Source of the DNA: Squalus acanthias | Lineage: Eukaryota | Length of the DNA: 64,000 bases | Assembly (NCBI GenBank): GCA_030390025.1 | Contig: CM059438.1 | Location: 54,562,001 to 54,626,000, forward strand | Direction: 5' to 3' | Shown: one piece after another, positions 24,297 to 37,900 of the stretch | Layout: every line of letters starts with the position of its first letter | Position numbering within the stretch: position 1 is the stretch's first letter | The notes under the pieces: model-generated | What the model was told of the DNA's origin: nothing | The model's input: only the letters and a program-made list of their open reading frames with translations | The model's database searches: none | Made by a program: the position numbers and the translations under genes

Positions 24297-24665
<369 letters not shown>

Positions 24666-25124
24666 CTATAAAAACCAAGCCCATCGAAGACTTTAATACC
24701 TCTCCTATATTCTGGGGGACTCTTCCAGCAAACCTTCCCCACACCCCAAAATGGTTCAACTTTTTACAGGCTTTTTCATCATCACTTTTACATGCAAATG
24801 GCCACATGATGACTCCTGTATGTGAACCATATCCTTTATGATTTGAAGCCTGCATCTTTCACTCTCTGCCATACTGAACTAGTACAACCAAGGACTAGCA
24901 GTTACCCTACGTAGCAGTAAAGCTATGTAGCTTCTTGTTATGTCACTTGTTAATCCAGAAGGTGGAACATATCAAACATTAGACACACTCTGTATAGGCT
25001 GAAACTGTTCCAATTTATTTACAATTAGCTAGTTGATTTATGGCAACAATGGTATAGTGACAATACTATAATGCCCAATAAAAATTGCATAGAAGATTTG
25101 GAAATAGTTTACAAGGGGTTCATT

Positions 25125-25795
25125 TACAACCATTCGCTGTTATATGGCACCTTTAACATAGAAAAACATCCCAACGCAATTTAGAGGTGTCTGAAAAAAC
25201 AGACAGCGAGCAGACAAAGGAGAAATTAGAAGGGGTAATCAAAGAGGTAGGCTTGGAGGTGGGTTTTAAAGAAGAGGGAGGAATAGAGATTCATGGAAAG
25301 AGCTCCAGAGCATGGGGCCTAAGTGGCTGAGTGGTAGGGCAAAGGGAATGAGTACACAAGAATCCAGAGTCAGAAGAATGCAGAGTCCAGGGGCTGGGTT
25401 GTAGGACTCGTGGAGGTTACAGAGAAAAGGAGGAGCAAGGCCATGAAGGAATTAAAAACAAAGAGATGAGAATTTTAAATTTGAGGTGTTCGGGAATTAA
25501 GGAGCCAATGTAAGTCAACAAGGACAAGGGTGATGGGTAAGCAGGACTTGGTGCATGTTAGGATACAGGCAGCCGAGTTTTAGATGAGCTGAAGTTTATG
25601 GAGGGTGGAGGTTGAGGCCAGTCAGGAAACCAATGGAATAGTTGAGTCCAGAGATAACAAAAGCACGGATGTGGGTTTCAGCAGCAGATGGGCTGAGGTG
25701 GGGTGGAAACGAGCGATGTTAGAGAAGTGGAAGTAGGCAGCCTTAGTGATGGAGCGTATATAGGGTTGGAAACTTTGCTTAAAGTTGAGCAGGGC
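25125..25795 (-). mobile_element. Old L2 LINE 3' fragment
   Basis: Peptide SFQPYIRSITKAAYFHFSNIAR, with an L2-type tail near 25130-25180. Confidence 0.8.
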
Positions 25796-26668
25796 ACTTA
25801 CCTCTTTTTCAAACATTAGACTCTCCTTAGTTAAAGTCACACTGTCCTTACAGTTTTTTTTTAATGAAACAGTTTCTTGGGATGAAACAGATAGGTCTAC
25901 TCTTGTCCTTGGTGAGCCTACATACTCATGGAGGTCTATTTACTTGAACAACTATAGGCCAAAGCTAGAACTACAGAGTAGCCACCTGCCCTGACACTGT
26001 GCTATGTATGCATCTAGGTGCGTGCCTAGAGACAGAGAAAGTCACAGCATTTTTCATTATGTTGTCAAATAATTTGAGTTTTCTTTTTTTGAAAAACAAA
26101 TTGAATTTTGAAATCTGCTCAAATGAACACAAAGTCTTTCATTACCACCACCTGGGGGCTTCATTCGATAGCCCCTGAAAACAGGCGCAGGGATCGTGAT
26201 GTGCAATCAGCCTGCGCCCGTTGAGAGGAATGCAGGCAGCACGCGACCTTCATGCTGCCTGCTAATTACAATGATTGCAGCATTCAGCCCAGCGCTGAAC
26301 GTGCTGCTGAGTGGCTGAATGTTTAGCAGGGGGCCCAAGTTCAGGCTAGGCTAGCTCCAATTAAAGCTAGCCTCCACTTCTTAAAGGCAGTCTGCATCTC
26401 TTCAAGGGGAGGTGCATTCTGCCTGGAGCAGCACATGCAACTGGTTGTGGAGGCAAGGCTCAGAAAGAAGATGAATAATGGCTCAACAGGCCGGAGAAAG
26501 GAGGAGACAGGTCCTCTATCCGCAGGGGGCCAGGAGGCCCTCCAGACACACACTGCAAAAGGCAGTGGGAGCAGATAGCCGACGGGATCAATGACAGTAG
26601 TCTTGCCCCGAGAACATGGATGCAGTGCCGAAAGAGTGTTCAATTACCTCACACAAGTGGTCAAGGTC

Positions 26669-29276
26669 GTGGATATCACGTTTAATGAGTTGGTCACACC
26701 GCAAGTAAAGGCTGCACAGGCAGGAAGGGAATGGGTGGCCACCAGGCAGAGCAGTAGGCGCAGGCAGGTAGTGCAGGGGTCCCCTGTGGCCATCCCCCTC
26801 TCAAGCAGATATACCACTTTGGATATTGTTGAGGGGGATGGCTTATCGGGGGAAGGCAGCAGCAACCAACTTCCTGGCACCATGGGTGGTTCTGCTGCAC
26901 AGGAGGGGAGGAAAAAGAGCAGGAGAGCTATAGTGATAGGGGATTCTATTGTAAGGGGAATAGATAGTCGTTTCTGCAGCCGCAAACGAGACTCCAGGAT
27001 GGTATGTTGCCTCCCTGGTACAAGAGTCAAGGATGTCTCGGAGCGGCTGCAGGGCATTCTGGAGGGGGAGGGTGAACAGCCAGTTGTCGTGGTGCATATA
27101 GGTACCAACGATATAGGTAAAAAACAGGATGAGGTCCTAAAAGTTGAATATAGGGAGTTAGGAGGTAAATTAAAAAATAGGACCTCAAAGGTAGTAATTT
27201 CAGGATTGCTACCAGTGCCACGTACTAGTCAGAGTAGAAATAGAAGGATATTTCAGATGAATACGTGGCTAGAAGAATGGTGCAAGGGGGAGGGATTCAA
27301 ATTTCTGGGACATTGGAACCGGTTCTGGGGGAGGTGGGACCAGTACAAACTGGACGGTTTGCACCTGGGCAGGACCGGGACCGATGTCCAAGGGGGAGTG
27401 TTTGCTAGTGCTGTTGGGGAGGGTTTAAACTAAAATGGCAGGGGGTTGGGAACCTGTGCAGGGAGACAGAGGAAAGGGAAGCAAGGATAGAAACACAAGA
27501 CAGGAAGGAGAAAAGCAAAAGTGGAAGGCAGAGAAATCAAGGGTGTAAATCAAACATGGCCACAGTAAACAATAATTCTAAATGGTCTAAGAGTGTTAAA
27601 AAAACAAGCCTGCAGGCTCTGTGTCTTAATGCGAAGAGCATTCGTAATAAGGTGGATGAATTAGCTGCGCAAATAGATGTAAACGGATATGATATAATTG
27701 GGATTACAGAGACATGGCTCCAGGGTGACCAAGGCTGGGAATTCAACATCCAGGGGCATTCAATATTCAGGAAGGACAGGCAAAAAGGAAAAGGAGGTGG
27801 GGTAGCATTGCTGGTTAAAGAGGAGATTAACACAATAGTAAGGAAGGATATTAGCTCTGATGATGTGGAATTTGTATGGGTAGAGCTGAGCAATACCAAG
27901 GGGCAGAAAACGTTAGTGGGAGTTGTATACAGATCCCCAAACAGTAATGCTGAGGTTGGGGATGGCATTAAATGGGAAATTAGAGACGCGTACAATAAGG
28001 GAACAGCAGTTACAACTAATCTACTGGAATTTTTTGAGGATGTAACTGGTAGAATAGATAAGGGAGAACCAGTGGATGTTATGTACTTGGACTTTCAGAA
28101 GGCTTTCGATAAGGTCCCGCATAAGAGATTAGCGTGCAAAGTTAAAGCACACGGGATTGGGGGTAAGGTACTGTCTTGGATAGAAAACTGGTTGGCAGAC
28201 AGGAAGCAAAGAGTTGGAATAAACGGGTCTTTTTCCGAGTGGCAGGCAGTGACTAGTGGGGTACCGCAGGGATCGGTGCTAGGACCCCAGTTATTCACAA
28301 TATATATTAATGATCTAGACGAGGGAACTAGATGTAATATCTCCAAGTTTGCAGACGGCACAAAGCTGGGTGGGCGTGTGTGCTGTGAGGAGGATGCAGA
28401 GAAACTCCAGTATGATTTGGACAGGTTGGGTGATTGGGCAGATGCATGGCAGATGCAGTATAATGTGGATAAATGCGAGGTTATCCACTTTGGTGGCAAA
28501 AACAGGAAGACAGATTATTATCTGAACGGCAATAGATTGGGAAAAGGGGAAGTGCAACGAGACCTGGGTGTCCTTGTGCACCAGTCGCTGAAGGTAAGCA
28601 TGCAGGTGCAGCAGGCGGTTAAGAAGGCAAATGGTATGTTGGCCTTCATAGCGAGAGGATTCGAGTACAGGAGCAAGGATGTCTTGCTGCAGTTGTACAG
28701 GGCCTTGGTGAGACCACACCTTGAGTATTGTGTGCAGTTTGGGTCGCCTTATCTGAGGAAGGATGTTCTTGCCATGGAGAGAGTGCAGCGAAGATTCACC
28801 AGAATGATACCTGGGATGGCAGGAATGACGTATGAAGAGAGATTGGGTCGATTGGGCTTGTATTCGCTAGAGTTTAGAAGAATGAGAGGGGATCTCATTG
28901 AAACTTATAAAATTCTAACAGGACTAGACAGACTAGATGCAGGAAGGATGTTCCCGATGGTGGGGGAGTCCAGAACCAGGGGTCACAGTCTAAGGATAAG
29001 GGGTAAGCCATTTAGGACTGAGATGAGGAGGAATTTCTTCACCCAGAGAGTGGTGAACCTGTGGAATTCTCTACCACAGAAGACAATTGAGTCCAATTCA
29101 TTAAATATATTCAAGAAGGAGTTGGATATATTTCTTAAGGCTAAGGGGATCAAGGGATATGGGGAGAAAGCAGGGACAGGGTACTGAATTTGGATGATCA
29201 GCCATGATCGCATTGAATGGCGGAGCAGGCTCGAGGGGCCGAATGGCCTACTCCTGCTCCTATCTTCTACGTTTCT
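26669..29276 (+). mobile_element. CR1 LINE with esterase ORF1 remnant and internally deleted ORF2
   Basis: ORF1 (to 27433) has the SGNH motifs GDSIVRG, HIGTND and DGLHL. ORF2 27556-29187 joins KGTAV to TNLLEFF. TSD AGGTC at 26664-26668 and 29277-29281. Confidence 0.95.
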
Positions 29277-30501
29277 AGGTCAGTGAATGCATCTTCAAAT
29301 GCCATCTCCCACCAACTGCACCACTAGCCTCACACACTGCTCAATGCACCACACTCCCATCACTCACCTACCAACAATCTCCATCAATCACGACTAAAAC
29401 CTCACATCCATAGCTTCATCTCACCCTTACGCACTTACCACTGCTGCAAGCCTCACCCGCACATCTCACACCTTGCACACACTGCCAGCTACTCAACCAT
29501 GACAGGCACATCATTCAAACACATTGCACTACACTCACTCACAAATTTCCCTCTCCCTTGCAGGGCAAGGTGGCTCATAACTGTAGGCAGCAGGAGCTAA
29601 CCGGCAGCAGACAGGCAAGCCTGCATATCCTTACCCAGCTGGAAGAGACAGTGCTCCGACATTATTGGAGGTGCAGTCACTGAGGCTGTGGCAAGTGACG
29701 AGGCTGAAACCATTGAAGCTGACAGTATGCTCATACCTAATCCTCCTTCTCACATCCCACTTCCCCCTCATCCAACAATATCTTCTGATGTACAAGCTGC
29801 GCATGGTGTAAGCATGCAGCTCTTGCTTTACCACCCTCCCCTCACCACAACCCTACCCTTGTGCCTTCCTCATTTCAGACACCCAAGAAATTCCAGCCTG
29901 CCTAGCCAATAGTTGACCAAGAAGAAGAAGAGGAGAGTCAAGAAGAAGAAGAAACACTGTCACTCGATTTCACACTCCCAGCCACCAGCTCCTCGAGGTC
30001 GTCCTGCAAGGCCATCTGCAGTGCCCCCCCCACTGAAAATCAGCAGCCTTCCACCAGCCATGCTGCAGCCACTGGGGAAGCACTGCGTGACATCACTAGG
30101 ATAGGCAGAGGCACATGCGTGGGAATGCACAAGGGTAATTAGCTGATTTCTTGATGTAGTATTGGATGCATATATGGATAAAGTTAGATTGGAAAGTTGG
30201 CTTTGTGGTGGCTTGTATTTCAGCATCGTGGCCAAGAGGACGCTGTGATGGTCAGTAACAGAGGGAAGGTAAGGTGTGGGACTAATGTTGAAAGGGGAAT
30301 TGGGATTGTGGTCACTGGTACTGCAGGCGGATGATTCAATCCCTATATTCCGGCCAGAAAGGGGCTGTCTGGGTTGTATCCTTCCTTCCGCTTCCTCCTC
30401 TTCTGCTTCTTCCGCTTCCCTCGGAGAGCAGCTTGTCCCCTTTGCTGCCTCTGCTTCATCTCCATGTGTCCCCTAGGATTGTGAGCAAGTGGCCTTCTCA
30501 G

Positions 30502-30655
30502 AGGCAAAATACTGCAGATGCTGGAAATCTGAAATAAAAACAGAAAATGCTGGAAATACTCAGCAGGGCAGGCAGCATCTCGACCTGAAACGTTAACTCT
30601 GTTTCTCTCTCCACAGATGCTGCCAGACCTGCTGAGTATTTCCAGCATTTTCTGT
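30502..30655. repeat. Short palindromic interspersed repeat, probably a Penelope-like terminal-repeat derivative
   Basis: 40-bp inverted arms at 30541-30580 and 30615-30654 (2 mismatches) surround CGACCTGAAACGTT. Possible TSD CTTCTCAG/CTTCCCAG. Confidence 0.7.
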
Positions 30656-31129
30656 CTTCCCAGTGGCCTTGCTTTACCATTCAAAGCTTTACAAGCGTCC
30701 AGTAGCACTCCCTGCACTCTAATAACTTTTTAAATGTATTGCATCAAGCCACTACTTCAATAAAATATTTAAAAACTAGTCCAAAAGCTGAAATCAAAAC
30801 TTACCTGAAAGATGTGTGTGTCCCTTTAAGAAGCACTGACATCGTCTCTGCAGTACTGCTGCATGCACGTTCTTTCATGCATGGTTAGGAGAGGGCGTTA
30901 TGGCTTGCGGCGACGTCCAAAATCGCGATCGTGCATCATATCAGGCGTTGCACGCGATTGACGTCACGATCTGCACATTTGAATTTGAGAGGCGAGTGCT
31001 GGCAATGGCTGCGCTACTGACCTCTTCAAAATGACAGTCGCCATATCCCACGGCGGAAGCGAGGTGGCCGCCATTTTTTGCAGAAATATGGTGTTAACGG
31101 TCGGCAGTAAGGTAGGGAATTTCCCAGCC

Positions 31130-31575
31130 ATAATCTTAAAATTAGAGCTAGGTCATTCAGGAGTGAAATCAGAAAGCATTTTGTCACACAAGGGGTAGTG
31201 GAAATCTGGAACTCTCTTCCCCAAAAGACTGTGCAGGCTGGGTCAACTGGCATTTCAAGACTGAGATCGACTGATTTTTGATAGGGGTGAGCAATGTTCC
31301 CTCTGAGCTGCGCGGGTTCGCAGCAATCTTGATGGTACCGCGCAGGCTGCTCACAAGCTCCTAAATACCACGTGTGCGCAGCCGCACAAAAACTTTATAG
31401 GTACTGCGCATTGAAAAAACTGGCCGCACACAACAACATTTCAGAGAGAACACTGGCTGTGAGTAACAAAGGATATGGAACAAAGGCAGGTAAATGGAGC
31501 ACAACAGTAATTATATAATAGAATGGCAGAATAGGCTTGAGGGGCTGAATGGCCTACTCCTGTTCCTATGTATTC
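31130..31575 (+). mobile_element. CR1 3' fragment interrupted by a hAT MITE
   Basis: Peptide FRSEIRKHFVTQGVVEIWNSLP, then the 3' hairpin GGGCTGAATGGCCTACTCCTG. Confidence 0.85.
31292..31455. mobile_element. hAT-type MITE (164 bp)
   Basis: TIRs are CAATGTTCCCTCTGA and (rc) CAGTGTTCTCTCTGA. The 8-bp flanks GGGGTGAG/GCTGTGAG match at 6 of 8 positions. Confidence 0.8.
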
Positions 31576-31657
31576 AGGTAAAGAGAATAACCAAGTTTCT
31601 AAATGCAAATTTGCTAGGTAATACAAATGTAGTCATACAAAAGCAGTGCAAATTAAT

Positions 31658-33044
31658 GGGCTGGAAATTGCAGGCGGAGGTTTCCCGCGGGCAAATGCCC
31701 CCAAACCGAACGGGTAATGACTATCTCTTGACATTCAACAGCATTACCATCGCCGAATCCCCCACCATCAACATCCTGGGGGTCACCATTGACCAGAAAC
31801 TTAACTGGACCAGCCACATAAATACTATGGCAATGAGAGCAGGTCAGAGGCTAGGTATTCTGCAGCGAGTGTCTCACCTCCTGACTCCCCAAAGCATTTC
31901 CACCATCTACAAGGCACAAGTAAGCAGTGTGATGGAATACTCTCCACTTGCCTGGATGAGTGCAGCTCCAACAACACTCAAAAAGCTCGACACCATCCAG
32001 GACAAAGCAGTCCTCTTCATTGGCACCCCATCGACCACCTTAAACATTCACTCACTCCACCACCAGCGCACCGTGGCTGCAGTGTATACCATCTACAAGA
32101 TGCACTGCAGCAACTCGCCAAGGCTTCTTTGGCTGCACCTCCCAAACCCGCGACCTCTACCACCTAGAAGGACAAGGGCAGTAGGCGCATGGGAACACCA
32201 CCACCTCCAAGTTCCCCTCTAAGTCACACACTATCCTGACTCGGAAATATATCGGCCGCTCCTTCATCTTCGCTGGGTCAAAATCCTGGAACTCCCTCCC
32301 TAACAGCACTGTGGCAGTACCTTCACCACATGGACTGCAACGGTTCAAGAAGGCGGCTCACCACAACTTTCTCAAGGGCAACAAGGGATGGGCAATAAAT
32401 GCTGGCCAGGCCAGCGACACCCACATCCCATGAACTAATAAAAAAACCACAAATAAACTTCGCACCTACCTGGTGCCTACATACCTTCGAAGACTCACTC
32501 TCCAGGGCCTGCAGGTGTAAACGTCTGTGTAAAGCCCAAGTATCCCAGGGGCGCATGAGGTTCGCAAGCGTCCCTGGGATCACGTGGGCCAGCCCAACCA
32601 ATCACAAAGGGGGATTCCCATTGTGCTTATTGGGAATTCCATTTACCTACGGAATCCCCAGAAGCATAACAGGAATCATGTAAAAAAACACTTTCACCCC
32701 ACTTAAATAGAAATAAATCATCACATGCTCAAAATTAATTAAAATACAATTTAATTAAACATTTAAAACAAAAATGTAATTTTTTGAAAAATAAATTAAA
32801 ACATTTTTCAAGGGGCCAAAAATAACCTAAACTAATTTTAAAGGTTTTTGTATGGTAAAATCATTAAAAAAAATTATTTTAATATTTATTTAAACACTTA
32901 CGCTGGCCTTACGTTGAAACTTGACAGATCGTAAGTTCTGGATTAGCGCACATGCACATTGCATGCGGAAACCCGGAATTTGCGGGGCACTTACGACCGT
33001 GTATGCTGCGCGTATGCGGTCATAGGCCCAGGAAAATCCAGGCC
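31658..33044. mobile_element. Harbinger-type MITE interrupted by a family B LINE fragment
   Basis: TIRs are GGGCTGGAAATTGC and (rc) GGCCTGGATTTTCC, with flanks AAT/AAC. Confidence 0.65.
31716..32447 (+). mobile_element. Family B LINE 3' fragment
   Basis: Peptide LTFNSITIAESPTINILGVTIDQKL...; tail GGGCAATAAATGCTGG plus an A-run. Confidence 0.9.
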
Positions 33045-33292
33045 AACATGATTTTTTCAAGCAATTTTTTTTTACACTTTCAGAAGTTGCCCCAGCCAGG
33101 TATTAAGCCAGTTGCAATATTATGACTGACAGAATTTCTATGCACTATTTTGTGAATGTGCTTTAAGTCTTTTGTTCCTGGTAACAAAGGCTAAATGTTC
33201 CATTCATTCAAAGTGACAGGTTAGACAGCACTATGACAAGATCAAATACTCTATATCTGCTAGGTTATTTGGAATTCTTGGAGCATCTTAAG

Positions 33293-34910
33293 TCATAGAG
33301 TCATAAAGTTATACAGCACAGAAAGAGGCCCTTCGGCCCATCGTGTCCGCGCCGGCCATCAAGCCCTATCTATTCTAATCCCATTTTCCAGCACTTGGTC
33401 CGTAGCCTTGTATGCTATGGCGTTTCAAGTGCTCATCTAAATGCTTCTTGAATGTTGTGAGGGTTCCTGCCTCTACCACCCTTTCAAGCAGTGAGTTCCA
33501 GATTCCAACCACCCTCTGGGTGAAAAAGTTTTTCCTCAAATCCCCTCTAAACCTCCTGCCCCTTACCTTGAAACTATGCCCCCTGGTTATTGACCCCTCT
33601 ACTAAGGGGAAAAGTTCCTTTCTATCTACTCTATCTATGCCCCTCATAATTTTGTACACCTCAATCAGGTCCCCCCTCAGCCTTCTCTGCACTAAGGAAA
33701 ACAACCCCAGCCTGTCCAGTCTCTCTCCGTAGCTGAAGCGCTCCAGCCCAGGTAACATCCTGGTGAATCTCCTCTGCACCCTCTCCAATGCAATCACATC
33801 CTTCCTATAGTGTGGCGACCAGAACTGCACACAATATTTCAGCTGTGGCCTAACTAGCGTTTTGTACAGCTCCATCATAACCTCCCTGCTCTTATATTCT
33901 ATGCCTCGGCTAATGAAGGCAAGTATCCCATATGCCTTTTTAACCACCTTACCTACCTGTCCTGCTGCCTTCAGGGATCTATGTACATGCACACCAAGGT
34001 CCCTCTGATCCTCTGTCCTTCCTATGCATCACCTCACACTTTTCAGGGCTAAATTCCATTTGCCACTGTTCTGCTGATCTGACATACCCGTCTATATCAT
34101 CCTGTAGCCTGAGACTTCCCTCCTCGCTATTTACCACCCCACCAATTTTCGTGTCATCTGCGAACTTACTGATCATACCTCCTACATTCATATCTAAATC
34201 ATTAATGTACACTACAAACAGCAAAGGACCCAGCACCGATCCCTGCGGTACACCACTGGACACAGGCTTCCAGTCACAAAAACAACCTTCGACCATCACC
34301 CTCTGCCTCCTGCCACTAAGCCAATTTTGGATCCAATATGCCAAATTGCCCTGGATCCCATGGGCTCTTACCTTCTTGACCAGTCTCCCATGTGGGACTT
34401 TGTCAAAAGTCTTACTGAAGTCCATGTAGACTACATCAACTGCACTACCCTCATCCACACACCCCCTCGAAAAATTCAATCAAATTGGTTAGACATGATC
34501 TCCCCCTGACAAAGCTATGCTTGACTATCCTTGATTAATCCTTGCCTCTCCAAGTGGAGACTGATTCTGTCCCTCAGAATTTTTTCCAATAATTTCCCTA
34601 CCACTGATGTTAGGCTCACTGGCCTGTAATTCCCTGGTTTATCCCTACTACCCTTCTTCAATAATGGTTCTACGTTAGCTGTCCTCCAGTCCTCTGGCAC
34701 CTCCCCTGTGGCCAGAGAGGTTCTGAAAATTTGTGTCAGAGCCCCTGAAATCTCCTCCCTTGCCTCACACAGCAGCCTGGGATACATCTCGTCTGGGCCT
34801 GGGGATTTATCCACTTTTAAGCCCGCTAAAACCGCTAGTACCTCCTCCCTCTCAATACTAATTTGTTCAAGTACATCACAATCCCCCTGCCTGATTTCTA
34901 TGCCTACATC
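33293..34910 (-). mobile_element. CR1 LINE (different subfamily), 5'-truncated
   Basis: RT motifs occur in ORFs 33375-33992, 33979-34479 and 34515-34900. The tail has ACTCTATG repeats at ~33293-33310. Confidence 0.93.
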
Positions 34911-34929
34911 GTAGCTCTGTAAATTTTTT

Positions 34930-37900
34930 ATAACAGATGAAGTAACAGAGGATTGATGAGGGCAATGCGGTTGACGTAATGTACATGGATTTCCAAAAGG
35001 CGTTCGACAAAGTGCCACATAATAGGCTTCCAGCAAAATTGAAGCCCATGGAATAAAAGGGACAGTGGCAGCATGGAAAAGAAATTGGCTAAGTGACAGG
35101 AAACAGAGAGCAGTGGTGAACGATTGTTTTTGAGACTGGAGGAAGATATACAGTGGTGTTCCAGGACCACTACTTTTCTTGATATATAATAATGACTTGG
35201 ACGTGGGTGTAGAGGGCATAATTTCAAAATTTGAAGATGACACAAAACTTGGAAGTATAGTGAACAGTGAAACATAGAAACACAGAATATAGGAGCAGGA
35301 GTAGGCCATTCGGCCCCTCGAGCCTGTTCCGCCATTTAATGAGATCATGGCTGATCATCCAAATTCAGTACCCTGTCCCTGCTTTCTCCCCATATCCCTT
35401 GATCCCTTTAGCCTTAAGAAATATATCTAACTCCTTCTTGAATATACTTAATGAATTGGCCTCAACTGCCTTCTGTGGTAGAGAATTCCACAGGTTCACC
35501 ACTCTCTGGGTGAAGAAATTCCTCTTCATCTCAGTCCTAAATGGCTTACCACTTATCCTTAGACTGTGACCCCTGGTTCTGGACTCCCCCATCGGGATCA
35601 TCCTTCCTGCATCTAGTCTGTCTAGTCCTGTTAGAATTTTATAAGTTTCAATGCGATCCCCTCTCATTCTTCTAAACTCTAGCGAATACAAGCCCAATCG
35701 ACCTAATCTCTTTTCATACGTCATTCCTGCCATCCCAGGTATCAGTCTGGTGAATCTTTGCTGCACTCCCTCCATGGCAAGAACATCCTTCCTCAGATAA
35801 GGCGACCAAAACTGCACACAATACTCAAGGTGTGGTCTTACCAAGGCCCTGTACAACTGCAGCAAGACATCCTTGCTCCTGTACTCGAATCCTCTCGCTA
35901 TGAAGGCCAACATACCATTTGCCTTCTTAACCGCCTGCTGCACCTGCATGCTTACCTTCAGCGACTGGTGCACAAGGACACCCAGGTCTCGTTGCACCTT
36001 CCCCTTTTCCCAATCTATTGCCGTTCAGATAATAATCTGTCTTCCTGTTTTTGCCACCAAAGTGGATAACCTTGCATTTATCCACATTATAATGCATCTG
36101 CCCAATCACCCAACCTGTCCAAATCATACTGGAGTTTCTCTGCATCCTCCTCACAACACACACGACCACCCAGCTTTGTGTCATCTGCAAACTTGGAGAT
36201 ATTACATCTCGTTCCCTCATCTAGATCATTCATATATATTGTGACTAACTGGGGTCCTAGCACCGATCCCTGCGGTACCCCACTAGTCACTGCCTGCCAC
36301 TCGGAAAAAGACCCGTTTATTCCAACTCTTTGCTTCCTGTCTGCCAACCAGTTCTCTATCCAAGTCAGTACCTTACCCCCAATCCCATGTGCTTTAACTT
36401 TGCACGCTAATCTCTTATGTGGGACCTTAGCGAAAGCCTTCTGAAAGTCCAAATACACCACATCCACTGGTTCTCCCTTATCTATTCTACCAGTTACATC
36501 CTCAAAAAATTCCAGTAGATTAGTCAAGCATGATTTACCTTTTGTAAATCCATGTTGACTTTGTCCGATCCTGTCACTGTTTTCCAAGTGCTCTGCTATT
36601 ACATCTTTTATGATGGACTCTAGCATTTTCCCCACTACCGATTTCAGGCTTATTGGTCTATAATTCCCCTTTTTCTCTCTACCACCTTTTTAAAATAGTG
36701 GGGTTACATTAGCTACCCTCCAATCCATGGGAACTGTTCCAGAGTCTATAGAATTTTGGAAGATGACCAGCAATGCATCTACTATTTCTAGGGCCACTTC
36801 CTTAAGTACCCTAGGATGCAGATTATCAGGCCCTGGGGATTTATCGGCCTTCAATCCCGTCAATTTCCCGAACACCATTTCCCTACAAATACTGATTTCA
36901 TTCAGTTCCTCCCTCTCATTAGACCCTATGTTCCCCGACATCTCTGGGAGGTTATTTGTGTCCTCCTTTGTGAAGACAGAACCAAAGTATGTATTTAATT
37001 GGTCTGCCATTTCTTTGTTCCCCATTATAAATTCCCCTGATTCTGACTGCAAGGGACCTACGCTTGACTTTACCAATCTTTTTCTCTTCACATATCTATA
37101 GAAGCTTTTACAGTCAGTTTTTATGTTCCCTGCAAGCTTACTCTCATACTCTATTTTCCCCCTCTTAATTAATCCCTTTGTCCTCCTTTGCTGAATCCTA
37201 AACTGCTCCCAATCCTCAGGTTTGCTGCTTTTTCTGGACAATTTATATGTCCTCTCCTTGGATCTTATTCTAGCCCTAATTTCCCTTGTTAGCCACGGTT
37301 GAGTCACCTTTTTTGTTTTATTTTTATGCCAAACAGGGATGAATAAATTCTGTAGTTCATCCATGCGATCTTTAAATGTTTGCCATTGCCTATCCACCGT
37401 CAACCCTTCAACTAACGTTCCCCAATCCATCCTAGCCAACTCGCGCCTCATACCATCCTAGTTTCCTTTATTTAAATTCAGGACCCTAGTCTCTGAGTCA
37501 ACTACTTCACTCTCCATCTTAATGAAGAATTCTATCATATTATGATCGCTCCTCCCCAAGGGGCCTCGCACAACAAGATTGCTAATTAATCCTTTCTCAT
37601 TACATAATACCCAGTCTAAGATGGCCTGATCTCTTGTTGGTTCCTCGACATATTGGGCCAGGAAACCATCCCGTATACACTCTCGGAATTCCTCCTCCAC
37701 AGTATTGTTACTAATTTGGTTAGCCCGATCTATATGTAGATTAAAGTCACCCATGATAACTGCTGTGCCCTTATTGCACGCGTCTCTAATTTCCCGTTTA
37801 ATGCTATCCCCAACCTCAGCATTACTGTTTGGGGGTCTGTATACAACTCCCACTAACGTTTTCTGCCCCTTGGTATTTCTCAGCTCTACCCATACAAATT

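Larger units (their letters stand above)
26154..31129 (+). mobile_element. Second, internally deleted Harbinger-derived element with Myb/SANT pseudogene, split by CR1 and a palindromic repeat
   Basis: RRRQVLYPQGARRPS...QWEQIADGIN...PRTWMQCRK...FNYLTQVVK|GT at 26490-26665, and exon 2 GKVAHNCRQQELTG...LTQLEETVL from ~29564. The right terminus is GGAATTTCCCAGCC. The ends are uncertain and no TSD matches. Confidence 0.65.

Noticed and set aside
34515..35348. 277-aa minus-strand ORF as a gene
   Set aside because: It is a chance read-through across three different CR1 pieces in mixed orientation.
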